Origin: Isoptericola halotolerans
Lineage (GTDB): Bacteria; Actinomycetota; Actinomycetes; Actinomycetales; Cellulomonadaceae
Direction of reading: 5' to 3'
DNA: 64,000 nt
Assembly (NCBI RefSeq): GCF_013149785.1
Contig: NZ_JABEZU010000001.1
Location: 248,001-312,000 of the forward strand
Positions 9,004 to 20,334 of the stretch are shown piece after piece (the stretch's first letter is position 1; every line of letters starts with the position of its first letter). The notes under the pieces are model-generated. The model did not search any database. It saw only the letters and a program-made list of their open reading frames with translations, and was not told the DNA's origin. Both the position numbers and the translations under genes were made by a program.

Positions 9004-10080
9004 CTAGGGCGACGCGGCAGCGGCGGCCCGCCCGGGGCCGGGGATCTCGCCCGAGCCCCGCACCACCAGGCGCGTCGGGACCACGAGCTGCCGCGGGGGG
9101 CCGACGTCGCCGTCCAGGCGGGCGAAGAGACGTTCGGCCGCGAGGCGACCGATCCGGTCGGGGTCCTGGGCGATCACGGTCACGCGAGGGCTGACCAGGT
9201 CGCCCGACTCGACGTCGTCGAAGGCGACGAGCGCGACGTCGTGCTCGGCGCCGAGCTGCTGGAGCGCTCGGATCGCTCCGACGGTCACCAGGTTCTGGCT
9301 GGAGAAGATCGCGGTCGGCGGGTCCGGGAGGGTGAGCAGCCGCCGGGTGATCGCGGTGGCGCTCGTGTCGTCGTGGAGGTCGAGGACGGTCAGCGCCGGG
9401 TCGGCCGGCGTTCCCTGGTCGGCGAGCTCGGCCAGGTACCCGTCCCGGCGTAGCCGCGCGGTCTGGATACGCTCGAGGTCGCCGAGGAAGGCGATGCGTC
9501 GGTGGCCCTGCGCGATCAGGTGGCGGACGGCCTCCCGGGCGCTGTCGTGGTTGGCGGTGACGACGGTGTCGACGTCGATGCCGCTCGGCTCACGGTCGAT
9601 GCACACCATCGGGGTGCCGCGGTCGAGGTGCACCTGGAGGTAGGACTGGTCGTCCCGCACGGGCGTGACGACGTAGCCGTCCACGCGTCGTCGGGCGAGC
9701 GCCGCGATCGCGCGGCGTTCGGCGGCGGGATCGTCCTCGAGGCTGGTGGCGAACACGGCGTAGCCCCGTTCGGTGGCGACCCGTTCGATGGCGCGGTGCA
9801 CCTGCGCGGCGAACGGGTTCGCGACGCTCGACACCAGCAGGCCGATCGTGTGCGTCCGGCCGTCGCCCCGCCGCAGGTTGCCCGCGTGCATGTTGGGCTC
9901 GTACTGCAGCTCGGCCGCGGCCTTGCGCACGCGCTCGGCGGTCTCCGGCGCGACGTCGGGCTCGCCGTTGACGACGCGGGACACGGTCTTGATCCCGACG
10001 CCGGCGAGACGCGCGACGTCGCGCATGGTGGGGCGGCGGCTGGCCTGGCGTGGCGTCGGGGCGCTTGACATCGATGTCAC
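9004..10080 (-). CDS. LacI-family transcriptional regulator
   Basis: TMRDVARLAGVGIKTVSRVVN HTH plus sugar-binding domain. GTG start follows GAGGAG. Confidence 0.92.
   Translation of the reverse strand: MTSMSSAPTPRQASRRPTMRDVARLAGVGIKTVSRVVNGEPDVAPETAERVRKAAAELQYEPNMHAGNLRRGDGRTHTIGLLVSSVANPFAAQVHRAIERVATERGYAVFATSLEDDPAAERRAIAALARRRVDGYVVTPVRDDQSYLQVHLDRGTPMVCIDREPSGIDVDTVVTANHDSAREAVRHLIAQGHRRIAFLGDLERIQTARLRRDGYLAELADQGTPADPALTVLDLHDDTSATAITRRLLTLPDPPTAIFSSQNLVTVGAIRALQQLGAEHDVALVAFDDVESGDLVSPRVTVIAQDPDRIGRLAAERLFARLDGDVGPPRQLVVPTRLVVRGSGEIPGPGRAAAAASP
10066..10079. promoter_or_regulatory. LacI-type operator palindrome TGACATCGATGTCA
   Basis: Perfect 14-bp palindrome with central CG, overlapping the lacI start. 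Confidence 0.7.
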
Positions 10081-10140
10081 GTGGTGGTCTCTCCTCGTTC
10101 TCCGGGTCTTGACCCTACCCGCCTCCGTCGGATAGACATG

Positions 10141-10162
10141 TGCCTGACAACGTTGTCGGGCA
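10141..10162. promoter_or_regulatory. LacI-type operator GACAACGTTGTC upstream of the sugar ABC operon
   Basis: Perfect 12-bp core (10146-10157) within near-perfect TGCCTGACAACGTTGTCGGGCA. TTGACC at 10109. Confidence 0.75.
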
Positions 10163-10190
10163 TTCGTGCCCTCGATCAAGGAGTTCACCG

Positions 10191-11297
10191 ATGAGCCACG
10201 CGAAGTTCGACACCTCTCGCGCCCGTCGCATCTCAGCTCTGACCAGTGTCTTTGCGCTGTCCGCGCTGACTCTCACGGCGTGCAGCGACGACGCCGGAAG
10301 CCCAGGGGCGGCTGACAACGATGGCGGGCCCGTCGGTGTCTCGCTCATCGTCAAGACCACGACGAACCCGTTCTTCGTCGCGATGCAGGACGGTGCCCAG
10401 GTCGCGGCCGAGGAGCACGGTGTCGAGCTGACGCTCGCCGCCGGCCGCCAGGACGGCGACGAGGACACCCAGATCCAGGCGATCGAGAACGCCGTCGCGC
10501 GCGGTGACGCCGGGATCCTCATCACGCCGAACGGGCCGGCCGTCGTCGACGCCATCAGCACGGCACGCGAGGCCGGTCTCTACGTCATCGCCCTCGACAC
10601 CCCGCCCGACCCCGCGGACGCCGTCGACATCACCTTCGCCACGGACAACCGCCTCGCCGGGCAGAAGATCGGTGAGTGGACGGCGGGGGCGCTCGACGGC
10701 GAGAAGGCGACGATCGCGATGCTCGACCTGTTCAGCGACAAGGTGGTCTCGGTCGACGTGGACCGCGACCAGGGATTCCTCGAGGGGATGGGGATCGACG
10801 TCGCCGACCCGCAGGCCAACGGTGACGAGGCGCCCACCGGCACCTACAGCGGCGGCGAGTACGAGATCGTGGGCAACGAGGCCTCGGACGGAGCCGAGGA
10901 CGGCGGCCGGACCGCGATGGAGAACCTGCTGACCAAGAACCCCGACATCAACGTCGTCTACACGATCAACGAGCCCGCCGCGTACGGCGCCTTCCAGGCC
11001 CTGGAGGCCGCCGGCAAGACGAGCGACGACGTGCTCGTCGTCTCCGTCGACGGCGGGTGCGCCGGCGTGCAGAACGTGGAGGAGGGCGTCATCGACGCCA
11101 CGAGCCAGCAGTACCCCGTGCGGATGGCCGAGATGGGCGTCGAGGCGATCGCGCAGCTCGCCACCGAGGGCGCCACGCCCGAGACGAGCGAGGGCCTGGA
11201 CTTCTTCAACACCGGTGTCGAGCTGGTCACCGACACTCCGGTCGACGGTGTCGAGTCGATCGACTCGACCGAGGCGACCGAGATCTGCTGGGGCTGA
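10191..11297 (+). CDS. Monosaccharide (probably fructose, FrcB-like) ABC substrate-binding lipoprotein
   Basis: Lipobox LTAC; KTTTNPFF, FATDN and YTINEPAA motifs. RBS AAGGAG. Confidence 0.88.
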   Translation: MSHAKFDTSRARRISALTSVFALSALTLTACSDDAGSPGAADNDGGPVGVSLIVKTTTNPFFVAMQDGAQVAAEEHGVELTLAAGRQDGDEDTQIQAIENAVARGDAGILITPNGPAVVDAISTAREAGLYVIALDTPPDPADAVDITFATDNRLAGQKIGEWTAGALDGEKATIAMLDLFSDKVVSVDVDRDQGFLEGMGIDVADPQANGDEAPTGTYSGGEYEIVGNEASDGAEDGGRTAMENLLTKNPDINVVYTINEPAAYGAFQALEAAGKTSDDVLVVSVDGGCAGVQNVEEGVIDATSQQYPVRMAEMGVEAIAQLATEGATPETSEGLDFFNTGVELVTDTPVDGVESIDSTEATEICWG

Positions 11298-11302
11298 TCG
11301 CC

Positions 11303-12324
11303 ATGACCACCACCACGGCCACGGCCGACCCTGCCGCAGAGTTCCTCGACCGTCGTAGCCCGCTCGAGCGCGCCCGTGGCGTGCTGCACCGCTACCCGGC
11401 CCTGAGCCCGGCGATCGTGCTGGTGCTGTCCGTCATCGTGTTCGGGTTGCTCAACGACCGGTTCCTCGCGCTGTCGAACCTGTCGCTCATCACACAGCAG
11501 GTCGCCGTCGTCGGCACCCTCGCGGCGGCACAGACCCTCATCATCCTGACCGCCGGCATCGACCTGTCCGTCGGGGCCGTCATGGTCCTGGCCTCGATGG
11601 TCATGGCCCAGGTCGCCTCCGGCTCCGGGGCGCCCCCGGTGCTCGCCCTGGCGTTCGGGCTCCTCGTCGGCATGGCCTGCGGCGGGTTGAACGGGTTCCT
11701 CGTGACCCGGCTCAAGCTGCCGCCGTTCATCGCCACCCTCGGGACCTTCAACGTCTTCACCGCGATAGCGCTGCTCTACTCCCGCGGCGCCACCGTGCGA
11801 GGCGGCGACATGCCCGCCGTGATGACGTGGACGGGCACCACGTTCCCCGTGTTCGGGGTACGGGTGTCCACCGGGGTGCTGCTCATGCTCGGCGCCTACC
11901 TGGTCCTCGCCGTCGCGCTGTCGCGCACGGCCTGGGGCAAGCACGTCTACGCGGTCGGCGACGACAAGGACGCGGCGAGGCTGTCCGGCATCAGCGTCAA
12001 CCGGGTGCTGCTGAGCGTCTACCTCACCGCCGGCGTGATCCTCGCCCTCGCGGCCTGGATCCAGATCGGACGCGCCAACGCCGCCAGCCCCAACGTCGGC
12101 GTCGACATGAACCTCGACTCGATCACCGCCGTCGTCATCGGTGGTACCAGCCTGTTCGGCGGGCGCGGCGTGATCTGGGGGACGCTGCTCGGCGCCCTCA
12201 TCGTCGGCGTGTTCCGCAACGGCCTGTCGCTCGCCGGCCTCGACGTGCTCTACCAGACCCTGGCCGTGGGGATCCTCGTGATCGTCGCGGTCTCGCTCGA
12301 CCAGTGGATCAGGAAGGTGCGGAA

Positions 12325-12328
<4 letters not shown>
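11303..12328 (+). CDS. Monosaccharide ABC permease (RbsC/FrcC-like)
   Basis: ILTAGIDLSVG, KLPPFIATLGT and LDSITAVVIGGTSLFGG motifs. Confidence 0.92.
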
Positions 12329-13134
<806 letters not shown>

Positions 13135-13169
13135 CCCCCCGCAACCCCGCACCGAACGAAGGAGTTCGT

Positions 13170-15887
13170 ATGCCTCGCCCTGCCCGCCCGCGGGTCCTCG
13201 CGGCGCTCGCCGGCGTCCTCGCGCTCGCCGTGGCTCCCGCCGCCGTCGCTGCTGAACCCGAGCCGTACCGGCCGGCGATCCACTACACGCCCGAGCAGAA
13301 CTGGATGAACGACCCCAACGGTCTCGTCCACCACGACGGCACGTACCACCTGTACTACCAGCACAACCCGGAGGGGAACCGTTGGGGGAACATGTCGTGG
13401 GGGCACGCCACCAGCCCTGACCTCGCGACCTGGACCGAGCAGCCGCTCGCCATCGCCCAGACCTTCGACGACGACGGCGTGCCGATCGAGGACATCTTCT
13501 CCGGCTCGGTGGTGGTCGACCACGGCAACACGAGCGGGTTCGGCACCGTCGAGGACCCGCCGCTCGTCGCGGTCTACACCAGCGCGTACACCGACGCCCA
13601 TCCCACGCACGCGGGCGTCCAGGCGCAGTCGCTCGCCTACTCCACCGACGGCGGCTACACCTGGACCAAGTACGCCGACAACCCGGTGCTGGACCGGGAC
13701 AGCGCCAACTTCCGCGATCCCAAGGTGATCTGGTACGACGACCCGGGATCCCCGGACGGCGGCTACTGGGTGATGGTGGTCGTCGAAGCCTTCGACCGCC
13801 AGGTGCTGCTGTACCGGTCGGACGACCTGAAGGACTGGGCCTACCTGTCGACCTTCGGCCCGGCGAACGCCACCGGTGGCATCTGGGAGTGCCCCGACCT
13901 GTTCGAGCTGCCGATCGACGGCGACCCGGAGAACACCCGCTGGGTGATGGTGGTCAACCTCAACCCGGGCGCGGTCGCGGGCGGTTCCGGCGGCCAGTAC
14001 TTCGTCGGTGAGTTCGACGGCACCACGTTCACCCCCGACCGCACGGTCGAGGGCGTCGAGGTGCCGGACGGCGACGTGATCGCCGACTTCGAGGACGGCT
14101 GGGCCGGCTGGACCGTGGCGAACGAACCCGGCCACCCCGACGATGGCCCGTTCGGTACCGAGCCGGTCGCCGGGACCGTGCCCGGCCAGCAGGAGGTCAC
14201 GGGGTACGTCGGCGAGCGGCTGCTCAACTCGTTCGTCGGCCAGGACGGACCCACGGGGACCGCCGAGTCGCCGTCCTTCACGATCGAGCGTGACTGGCTG
14301 TCGATGCTGGTCGGGGGTGGCGACCACCCGCACGTCCAGGGTGGGCAGCTCGGCAACGAGCCGCCGTCCGGCACGCTGCTCTGGGACGGGTTCGAGCAGC
14401 GAGCCTCCGGGCAGACGCTCGCCGACGCCGGCTGGACCGGCACCGGGGACCTCGCGGCCACGGACAGCCCGTCGACCGCGGGCGGCGAGCACCACCTCGG
14501 CGACGGACGGATCAACACGTGGGAGGGCGGCCCGCCCGGTGACGACAACGTCGGCACCCTGACGTCGCCGAGCTTCGTGCTCGACGGGGACCACGTCAGC
14601 ATGCTCGTCGGGGGTGGGCGCCGCGCCGACTCCGACCCGCAGACGCTCCAGGTCCAGCTGCTCGTCGACGGCGAGGTCGTGCGGCACCTGACCGGGCCCG
14701 AGGCCGGCGACCTGCGCTGGCGCTCCTGGGACGTCGCCGACCTGCGGGGCAAGGAGGCTCGGTTGCGGGTCGTCGACGAGGCGACCGGCGGGTGGGGCCA
14801 CCTCACGCTCGACCACGTCGTCGTCGGCGACGAGCCGGCCACACCCCGCAGCTCGGAGACCACGGTCAACCTCGTCGTCGACGGTGAGGTCGTCCGCAGC
14901 GCCACCGGCCGCGACTCCGAGCACCTCGACTGGGTGAGCTGGGACACCTCGGAGCTGGTCGGGCAGGAGGCGACCGTACGCGTCGTCGACAACAACCGCG
15001 GCGGCTGGGGGCACGTGCTGCTCGATCACGTGGTGGCGACCGACGAGCCGGTGTCCCCGGGTGCAGAGCGCTACGACTGGCTCGACTGGGGGCGTGACTA
15101 CTACGCCACGGTCTCGTTCGACAACGCGCCCGACGACCGCCGGTACATGATCGGGTGGATGAACGACTGGGCGTACGCCGAGGAGATCCCCACCCACCCG
15201 TGGCGCTCGGCGATGACGCTGCCGCGCGAGGTCACGCTGACCGACGTGGACGGCCGCGTGGAGCTGCGGCAGCAGGTCGTCGACGGGGTGGACCGCCTGG
15301 CGGTGCCCGCCGCAGCGACCCGGGTGCGGAACCTCGAGGTCTCGGACACGACCGTCCCGCTCGACGTCGACGCCGACGTCTACCGCCTCGACCTCGTGCT
15401 GGACGTCCGCGACGCGGATCGTGCCGGGGTGGTGGTGCGCACGGACGACGTGTTCACCGTCGCGGACGCCGCCGGCGGCGGCGAGGGCACGGTGGTGGCG
15501 TACGACGCGCGCCGGCAGCGGCTCGAGGTGGACCGGACGAGGTCCGGGGACGTCGGGTTCCACCCGGTGTTCGCCGGGGCGTCGTCAGCTCCGTTGCCCG
15601 ACGCCACGGTGGCCGACGGGACGGTTCGCCTGAGGGTGTACGTCGACCGTTCGTCGGTCGAGGTCCTCACGTCCGACGGGTTGCGGACCGTCACGAGCCA
15701 GGTCTTCCCCGACGCGGCGTCGACGGGGGTGTCGGTCTTCTCCGAGGGTGGCAGCGCCCGCGTCAAGGCACTCACCGTCACCCCGCTCGCACCGTCGGTC
15801 CGCACCGACGCCGACGGCTCCTCGCGGGGTGCGGCGGCGTGCGCCGGGAAGCCGGGCCGCCCGGGCGCCGTGCCCTGCCAGCAGTGA
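13170..15887 (+). CDS. Secreted GH32 levanase/exo-inulinase with inserted carbohydrate-binding-like domains
   Basis: Signal peptide; WMNDPNG, FSGS, RDP, WECP and DWGRDYYA motifs; C-terminal VDRSSVEV beta-sandwich. Confidence 0.92.
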   Translation: MPRPARPRVLAALAGVLALAVAPAAVAAEPEPYRPAIHYTPEQNWMNDPNGLVHHDGTYHLYYQHNPEGNRWGNMSWGHATSPDLATWTEQPLAIAQTFDDDGVPIEDIFSGSVVVDHGNTSGFGTVEDPPLVAVYTSAYTDAHPTHAGVQAQSLAYSTDGGYTWTKYADNPVLDRDSANFRDPKVIWYDDPGSPDGGYWVMVVVEAFDRQVLLYRSDDLKDWAYLSTFGPANATGGIWECPDLFELPIDGDPENTRWVMVVNLNPGAVAGGSGGQYFVGEFDGTTFTPDRTVEGVEVPDGDVIADFEDGWAGWTVANEPGHPDDGPFGTEPVAGTVPGQQEVTGYVGERLLNSFVGQDGPTGTAESPSFTIERDWLSMLVGGGDHPHVQGGQLGNEPPSGTLLWDGFEQRASGQTLADAGWTGTGDLAATDSPSTAGGEHHLGDGRINTWEGGPPGDDNVGTLTSPSFVLDGDHVSMLVGGGRRADSDPQTLQVQLLVDGEVVRHLTGPEAGDLRWRSWDVADLRGKEARLRVVDEATGGWGHLTLDHVVVGDEPATPRSSETTVNLVVDGEVVRSATGRDSEHLDWVSWDTSELVGQEATVRVVDNNRGGWGHVLLDHVVATDEPVSPGAERYDWLDWGRDYYATVSFDNAPDDRRYMIGWMNDWAYAEEIPTHPWRSAMTLPREVTLTDVDGRVELRQQVVDGVDRLAVPAAATRVRNLEVSDTTVPLDVDADVYRLDLVLDVRDADRAGVVVRTDDVFTVADAAGGGEGTVVAYDARRQRLEVDRTRSGDVGFHPVFAGASSAPLPDATVADGTVRLRVYVDRSSVEVLTSDGLRTVTSQVFPDAASTGVSVFSEGGSARVKALTVTPLAPSVRTDADGSSRGAAACAGKPGRPGAVPCQQ

Positions 15888-15907
15888 ACCGAAGGAGCAC
15901 CGTTCCC

Positions 15908-16849
15908 GTGCACGCCCCCGCATCTCGTGTCCTCGTCGTCGGTGAGGCGCTCACCGACGTCGTCACCGCGCTCGACGGCAACCATCGCGAGCACCCGGGC
16001 GGCAGTCCCGCCAACGTCGCCGTGACGCTCGGCCGGCTCGGCGACCGCCCCCGGTTCGCCACCGCCGTCGGGCACGACGACCGGGGGCGGCGCCTCGTCG
16101 CCTGGTTGGCGCAGTCCGGGGTCGTGCTGACACCGGGCAGCGTGGGCAGCGGCCCGACCTCGGTCGCTGCCTCGCGGCTGGACGCCGACGGTGGTGCGGA
16201 CTACGAGTTCGCGCTGACGTGGGCGCCCGACCTGCCGAGGGCAGCGCATGCGGGACTGGTGCACGCCGGCAGCGTCGCGACGTTGCTGGAACCTGGTGCG
16301 GGCGACGTGCTGCGGCTCGTGGAGGAGGCGCGCGCCACCGCCACGATCACGTACGACCCGAACCTGCGTCCGTCGATCTGCCCGGACCGGGCCGCCGTGC
16401 GGCGCCGGGTGGAACGGCTCGTGCAGCTCGCGGACGTGGTCAAGGTCTCCGACGAGGACCTGGCCTGGCTGTACCCGGCCGAGTCGTTCGAGCGGGTGCT
16501 CGACCGCTGGGCGACGGCCGGTCCCGCGGTGGTCGTCGGGACGCGCGGCCCTGCCGGTTCGGTGCTCGTGGCCGGGGACGTCCGCACGGACGTCCCCGGC
16601 CGGCGGGTCGACGTCGTCGACACGATCGGCGCCGGGGATGCCTTCATGGGCGGCCTGATACACGGCCTGCTCGGCGCCGGCCTGGACGGGGCAGGGCGCC
16701 GGAGCGCCCTGGCCGAGGCCGCAGCGGCCCGGCTCACCGAGATCGTGACGTTCGCGAGCGGCGTCGCTGCCGCGACCGTCGCCCGCGCAGGGGCGAACCC
16801 GCCGTGGCGCGCCGACCTGGACGGGAGCGCGGACCTGGTCAGGGCGTGA
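15908..16849 (+). CDS. PfkB-family carbohydrate kinase (probable fructokinase)
   Basis: GGSPANVA, YDPNLRP, KVSDED and DTIGAGDAF motifs. Confidence 0.9.
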   Translation: MHAPASRVLVVGEALTDVVTALDGNHREHPGGSPANVAVTLGRLGDRPRFATAVGHDDRGRRLVAWLAQSGVVLTPGSVGSGPTSVAASRLDADGGADYEFALTWAPDLPRAAHAGLVHAGSVATLLEPGAGDVLRLVEEARATATITYDPNLRPSICPDRAAVRRRVERLVQLADVVKVSDEDLAWLYPAESFERVLDRWATAGPAVVVGTRGPAGSVLVAGDVRTDVPGRRVDVVDTIGAGDAFMGGLIHGLLGAGLDGAGRRSALAEAAAARLTEIVTFASGVAAATVARAGANPPWRADLDGSADLVRA

Positions 16850-16851
16850 GC

Positions 16852-18591
16852 TCAGCGCGGCAGGTTGCGCAGGTTCGAGCGGGCCATCGACATGACCTCG
16901 CCCATGCCGCCACCGAGGATCTCCTTGGTCATGGCGGTGGCGAAACCGCGGATCTGCCCGGAGGTGATCGACGGGGGGATGGACAGGGCGTTCGGGTCGG
17001 TCATCACCTCCACCAGCGCCGGCCCGGGGGCGTCCAGGTGCTCCGCGAACGTCCTGCGCAGGTCCTTCGGCTTCACCACGCGGGTGGCAGGGATCCCGAC
17101 GGCGGCCGCGATCGCCGCGTAGTCCATCTCGGGGGAGTCGGTGCCGTGCGACGGCAGCCCTTCGACCAGCATCTCCAGCTTCACCATGCCGAGGGTGGAG
17201 TTGTTGAACACGACGATCTTCACCGGCAGGTCGTAGGCACGCACGGTGATGAGCTCGCCGAGCAGCATGGCGAGTCCGCCGTCGCCGGCCATCGCGACCA
17301 CCTGGCGGTCCGGCTGGGCGAAGGCTGCCCCGATCGCGTGCGGCAGCGCGTTGGCCATCGAGCCGTGGATGAACGAGCCGATCACGCGACGGCGCCCGTT
17401 GGGCGTGAGGTAGCGGGCCGCCCAGACGTTGTTCATCCCCGTGTCCACGGTGAAGACGGCATCGTCGGCGGCGGTCTCGTCGAGCTGGACCGCCGCGTAC
17501 TCGGGGTGGATGGGCAGGTGCTTCTCCACCTTGCGGGTGTAGGCACCCACCACCTTGGTCATGTTCTCCGCGTGCTTGTCGACCATGCGGCGCAGGAACT
17601 TGCGGTTCGTCTTGCGCTCCACGAGCGGGTTGAGCAGCCGGAGGGTCTCGGCGACGTCACCGTGCACGGGCAGGTCGAGACGGGTGCGCCGGCCCAGGTG
17701 GGAGGCGTCGATGTCGATCTGCGCGGTCGGGACGTCGTCGGGCAGGAACGAGGCGTACGGGAAGTCGGTCCCGACGAGGACCAGCAGGTCCGCCCCGAAG
17801 ACCGCCTGGTGGCAGGACCCGTACCCGAGCAGGCCCGACATGCCGACGTCGTGCGGGTTGTCGTACTGGATGATCTCCTTGCCGCGCAGCGAGTGGCCCA
17901 CGGGGGCGGCCGCGAGGTCGGCGAGCTCGAGCACCTCCGACCGGGCCTCGCGGGCGCCGGCCCCGACGAACAGCGTGACCTTCTCGGCGTCGTTGATCGC
18001 CCGGGCGAGCGCGGTCACGTCCGCCTCGTTCGGCAGCACCCGGGCGGGGCAGGCGCCGGGGATGAGGATGGGGGCGTCGTCGTCGGGCACCTCGTGGTCC
18101 GCCACGTCACCGGGCAGCGTGAGCACGGCGACGCCCGGCGCGGCCAGCGCGTGCTGGATCGCCGAACGGGTGACACGGGGCAGCTGGGCCGCCGTCGAGA
18201 TCATCTCCGAGAACACCGACGCCTCGGTGAACAGACGGTCCGGGTGGGTCTCCTGGAAGAACTGGGTGCCGATCTCCGCGCTCGGGATGTGCGAGGCGAT
18301 CGCGAGCACGGGCAGCTTCGAGCGGTTCGCGTCGTACAGGCCGTTGATGAGGTGCAGGTTGCCGGGCCCGCACGACCCGGCGCACACGGCCAGCTTCCCG
18401 GTCACCTCGGCCTCCGCGGCGGCGGCGAACGCGGCGGCCTCCTCGTGCCGCACGTGCACCCAGGAGATGCCCTCGGTGCGGCGCACCGCGTCGACGATCG
18501 GGTTGAGCGAGTCCCCGACGATGCCGTAGATGCGTTCGACGCCGGCGGCGACGAGCTGGTCGACGAGGTGTTCTGCCACGGTACGGGCCAC
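16852..18591 (-). CDS. poxB: Pyruvate dehydrogenase (quinone), ThDP/FAD-dependent
   Basis: YGIVGDSLN, RHEEAAAFAA, GSCGPGNLHLINGLYDA, FFQETHP, HGSMANALP and GDGG...NN motifs. Confidence 0.9.
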   Translation of the reverse strand: MARTVAEHLVDQLVAAGVERIYGIVGDSLNPIVDAVRRTEGISWVHVRHEEAAAFAAAAEAEVTGKLAVCAGSCGPGNLHLINGLYDANRSKLPVLAIASHIPSAEIGTQFFQETHPDRLFTEASVFSEMISTAAQLPRVTRSAIQHALAAPGVAVLTLPGDVADHEVPDDDAPILIPGACPARVLPNEADVTALARAINDAEKVTLFVGAGAREARSEVLELADLAAAPVGHSLRGKEIIQYDNPHDVGMSGLLGYGSCHQAVFGADLLVLVGTDFPYASFLPDDVPTAQIDIDASHLGRRTRLDLPVHGDVAETLRLLNPLVERKTNRKFLRRMVDKHAENMTKVVGAYTRKVEKHLPIHPEYAAVQLDETAADDAVFTVDTGMNNVWAARYLTPNGRRRVIGSFIHGSMANALPHAIGAAFAQPDRQVVAMAGDGGLAMLLGELITVRAYDLPVKIVVFNNSTLGMVKLEMLVEGLPSHGTDSPEMDYAAIAAAVGIPATRVVKPKDLRRTFAEHLDAPGPALVEVMTDPNALSIPPSITSGQIRGFATAMTKEILGGGMGEVMSMARSNLRNLPR

Positions 18592-18859
18592 GGGGACCTC
18601 CCAAGGGTGGTGGTGACGGTCCCTTGCGATGCTGCCCCAGGTGGGCTCTCGCTGCGCGGGGAAGGACGGTGTCGCTCGGCACAGTACGGTCCGCACGGAG
18701 GCGGACGTCACGAGGCGTATGACAGGACCGCGGAAACGGTGACACCGCAGCACGTGCGGCTCACGCCCAGCCCCCACGGATCCTGCTCTGCGAACGCCCC
18801 CCGAAGGAGACCGTGCGCCGCGGGCGCCCATCGTGGGGTGAGCGGATGCCGGGAGTCCG

Positions 18860-19864
18860 TCAGCTCGAGGTCTGGGTGGCTCGGGCGACGGTGATCGCCA
18901 GGTCCCGGTGGGAGCCGGCCATGGCGGTCAGGCGGGACCTGAGCTCCGCCCTCCACGCAGGGTCGTCGTGGCCGGGCGTGCCGATCGCCTCGGTGATGCG
19001 GACCAGCGAGCAGACGGCGTGCACCCCGGCGAAGAGTCTCAGGTTCTCCTGGTCGGCGTCGTCGAGCGGCCGCACGCTGCGGTACCCGGCGACGAACGCC
19101 CGGAAGAGTCCTCGGTGCGCCGCCTCGGGCTTCCCGTCAGGCCCGGTGAGGTCACGCAGAGCGTAGGCGACGTCGGCGGCGTACCAGGACACGGCGGCCT
19201 CGTCGAGGTCGAAGGCGGTCGCTCGGCCTCTGTCCCAGGCGAGGTTGTCGAGCTCGAAGTCGCCGTGGACCACCCCGAACCGTGCGTCGTCGCGCGGCAG
19301 GGCGGCGAGCCGGTCGGACAGGAACGCCGCGGCCCTCACCAGGAGGGGGTCGTCCGCGAACCTCTCGGGAACCTCGCTCAGCTCGGCGAAGGCGACGGGC
19401 AGACCTGCGTCGACGCCCGCCGCTGCATCGTGCACCGAGGCGAGCGACCGGCCCCAGGCCCGGGCGTGGTCCTCGGTGAGGTCGTCCACGTCGAGCTCGT
19501 CGCCGGGGGCGGCCTCGACCACCATGGCGTGCATCGTCCCCAGCGCCGTCGGCACCGTCGCGACCAGAGCCCCGTCCCGGGCAGGGACCGGGCGGACCAC
19601 CGCCGCCCCGTCGGTCGCGAGCCGGTTCATCAGCGTGGTCACCGCGACCACGGGCCCGACCCCTCGGGGGGTGTCGGGCAGGAGCCGCAGGAATCGCTTC
19701 CCGGCCGGGTCGGGCAGCACGAAGACGTGCGAGGCGCTGGAGCGCCACCACTTCGCCGTCCCGGACGGATACCCCCAGGCCGCGGCCGCCTCGTCGGCGA
19801 CCGGGCTCTCCCAGGCGTCGGTCACGGTCCGTCGCAGACGGTCGATCTCTCCCAGCAGCATCAT
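18860..19864 (-). CDS. APH/choline-kinase-superfamily phosphotransferase
   Basis: HGDFELDN Brenner motif and FDLDE. Confidence 0.8.
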   Translation of the reverse strand: MMLLGEIDRLRRTVTDAWESPVADEAAAAWGYPSGTAKWWRSSASHVFVLPDPAGKRFLRLLPDTPRGVGPVVAVTTLMNRLATDGAAVVRPVPARDGALVATVPTALGTMHAMVVEAAPGDELDVDDLTEDHARAWGRSLASVHDAAAGVDAGLPVAFAELSEVPERFADDPLLVRAAAFLSDRLAALPRDDARFGVVHGDFELDNLAWDRGRATAFDLDEAAVSWYAADVAYALRDLTGPDGKPEAAHRGLFRAFVAGYRSVRPLDDADQENLRLFAGVHAVCSLVRITEAIGTPGHDDPAWRAELRSRLTAMAGSHRDLAITVARATQTSS

Positions 19865-19969
19865 CGCCGGTCATCATCACCTGCCCGGAACAGGCCGGGC
19901 AACGCTTTTTGTCGCGCCCGCCCACCGACGCCGGGTGCACGACCGGCGGCCGGAGCCTACGGTCGAACG

Positions 19970-20311
19970 ATGAGCGAAGCGACGACCGACGAGCTCCTGG
20001 CGATCGACGACCGGCTCGCCGCCGGCTCCGGCGCCGACTACGCGGAGGTGCTCCACGAGGACGCCGTGGTGGTGGTCCCCGGCGCGGTGCTGGACAAGGC
20101 GGGGTGCGTCGCCGCGATGGATGCCTCGCCCGGCTGGGACGAGGTCGACCTCTCCGACGCGCGGCTGGTCCGCAGCGGGGACGCCGCCACCGTCGTCTAC
20201 CGGTTCACCGGGCGGCGCGGCCAGGACACCTACGCCGCCACCCTGGCCAGCACCTACGTGCGGCACGGCGAGAGCTGGCGCCTCCTGCTGCACCAGCACA
20301 CGCCCGACTGA
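19970..20311 (+). CDS. NTF2-like / DUF4440 protein
   Basis: 113 aa; STYVR...WRLLLHQHTP C-terminus typical of SnoaL/DUF4440 folds. Confidence 0.75.
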   Translation: MSEATTDELLAIDDRLAAGSGADYAEVLHEDAVVVVPGAVLDKAGCVAAMDASPGWDEVDLSDARLVRSGDAATVVYRFTGRRGQDTYAATLASTYVRHGESWRLLLHQHTPD

Positions 20312-20334
20312 GGCGCCCCGTCCGCCCCGTGCCG

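Noticed and set aside
18592..18859. 268-bp intergenic gap with a + strand TACGGT and a tiny ORF (MTGPRKR)
   Set aside because: No convincing coding signal or RNA structure.
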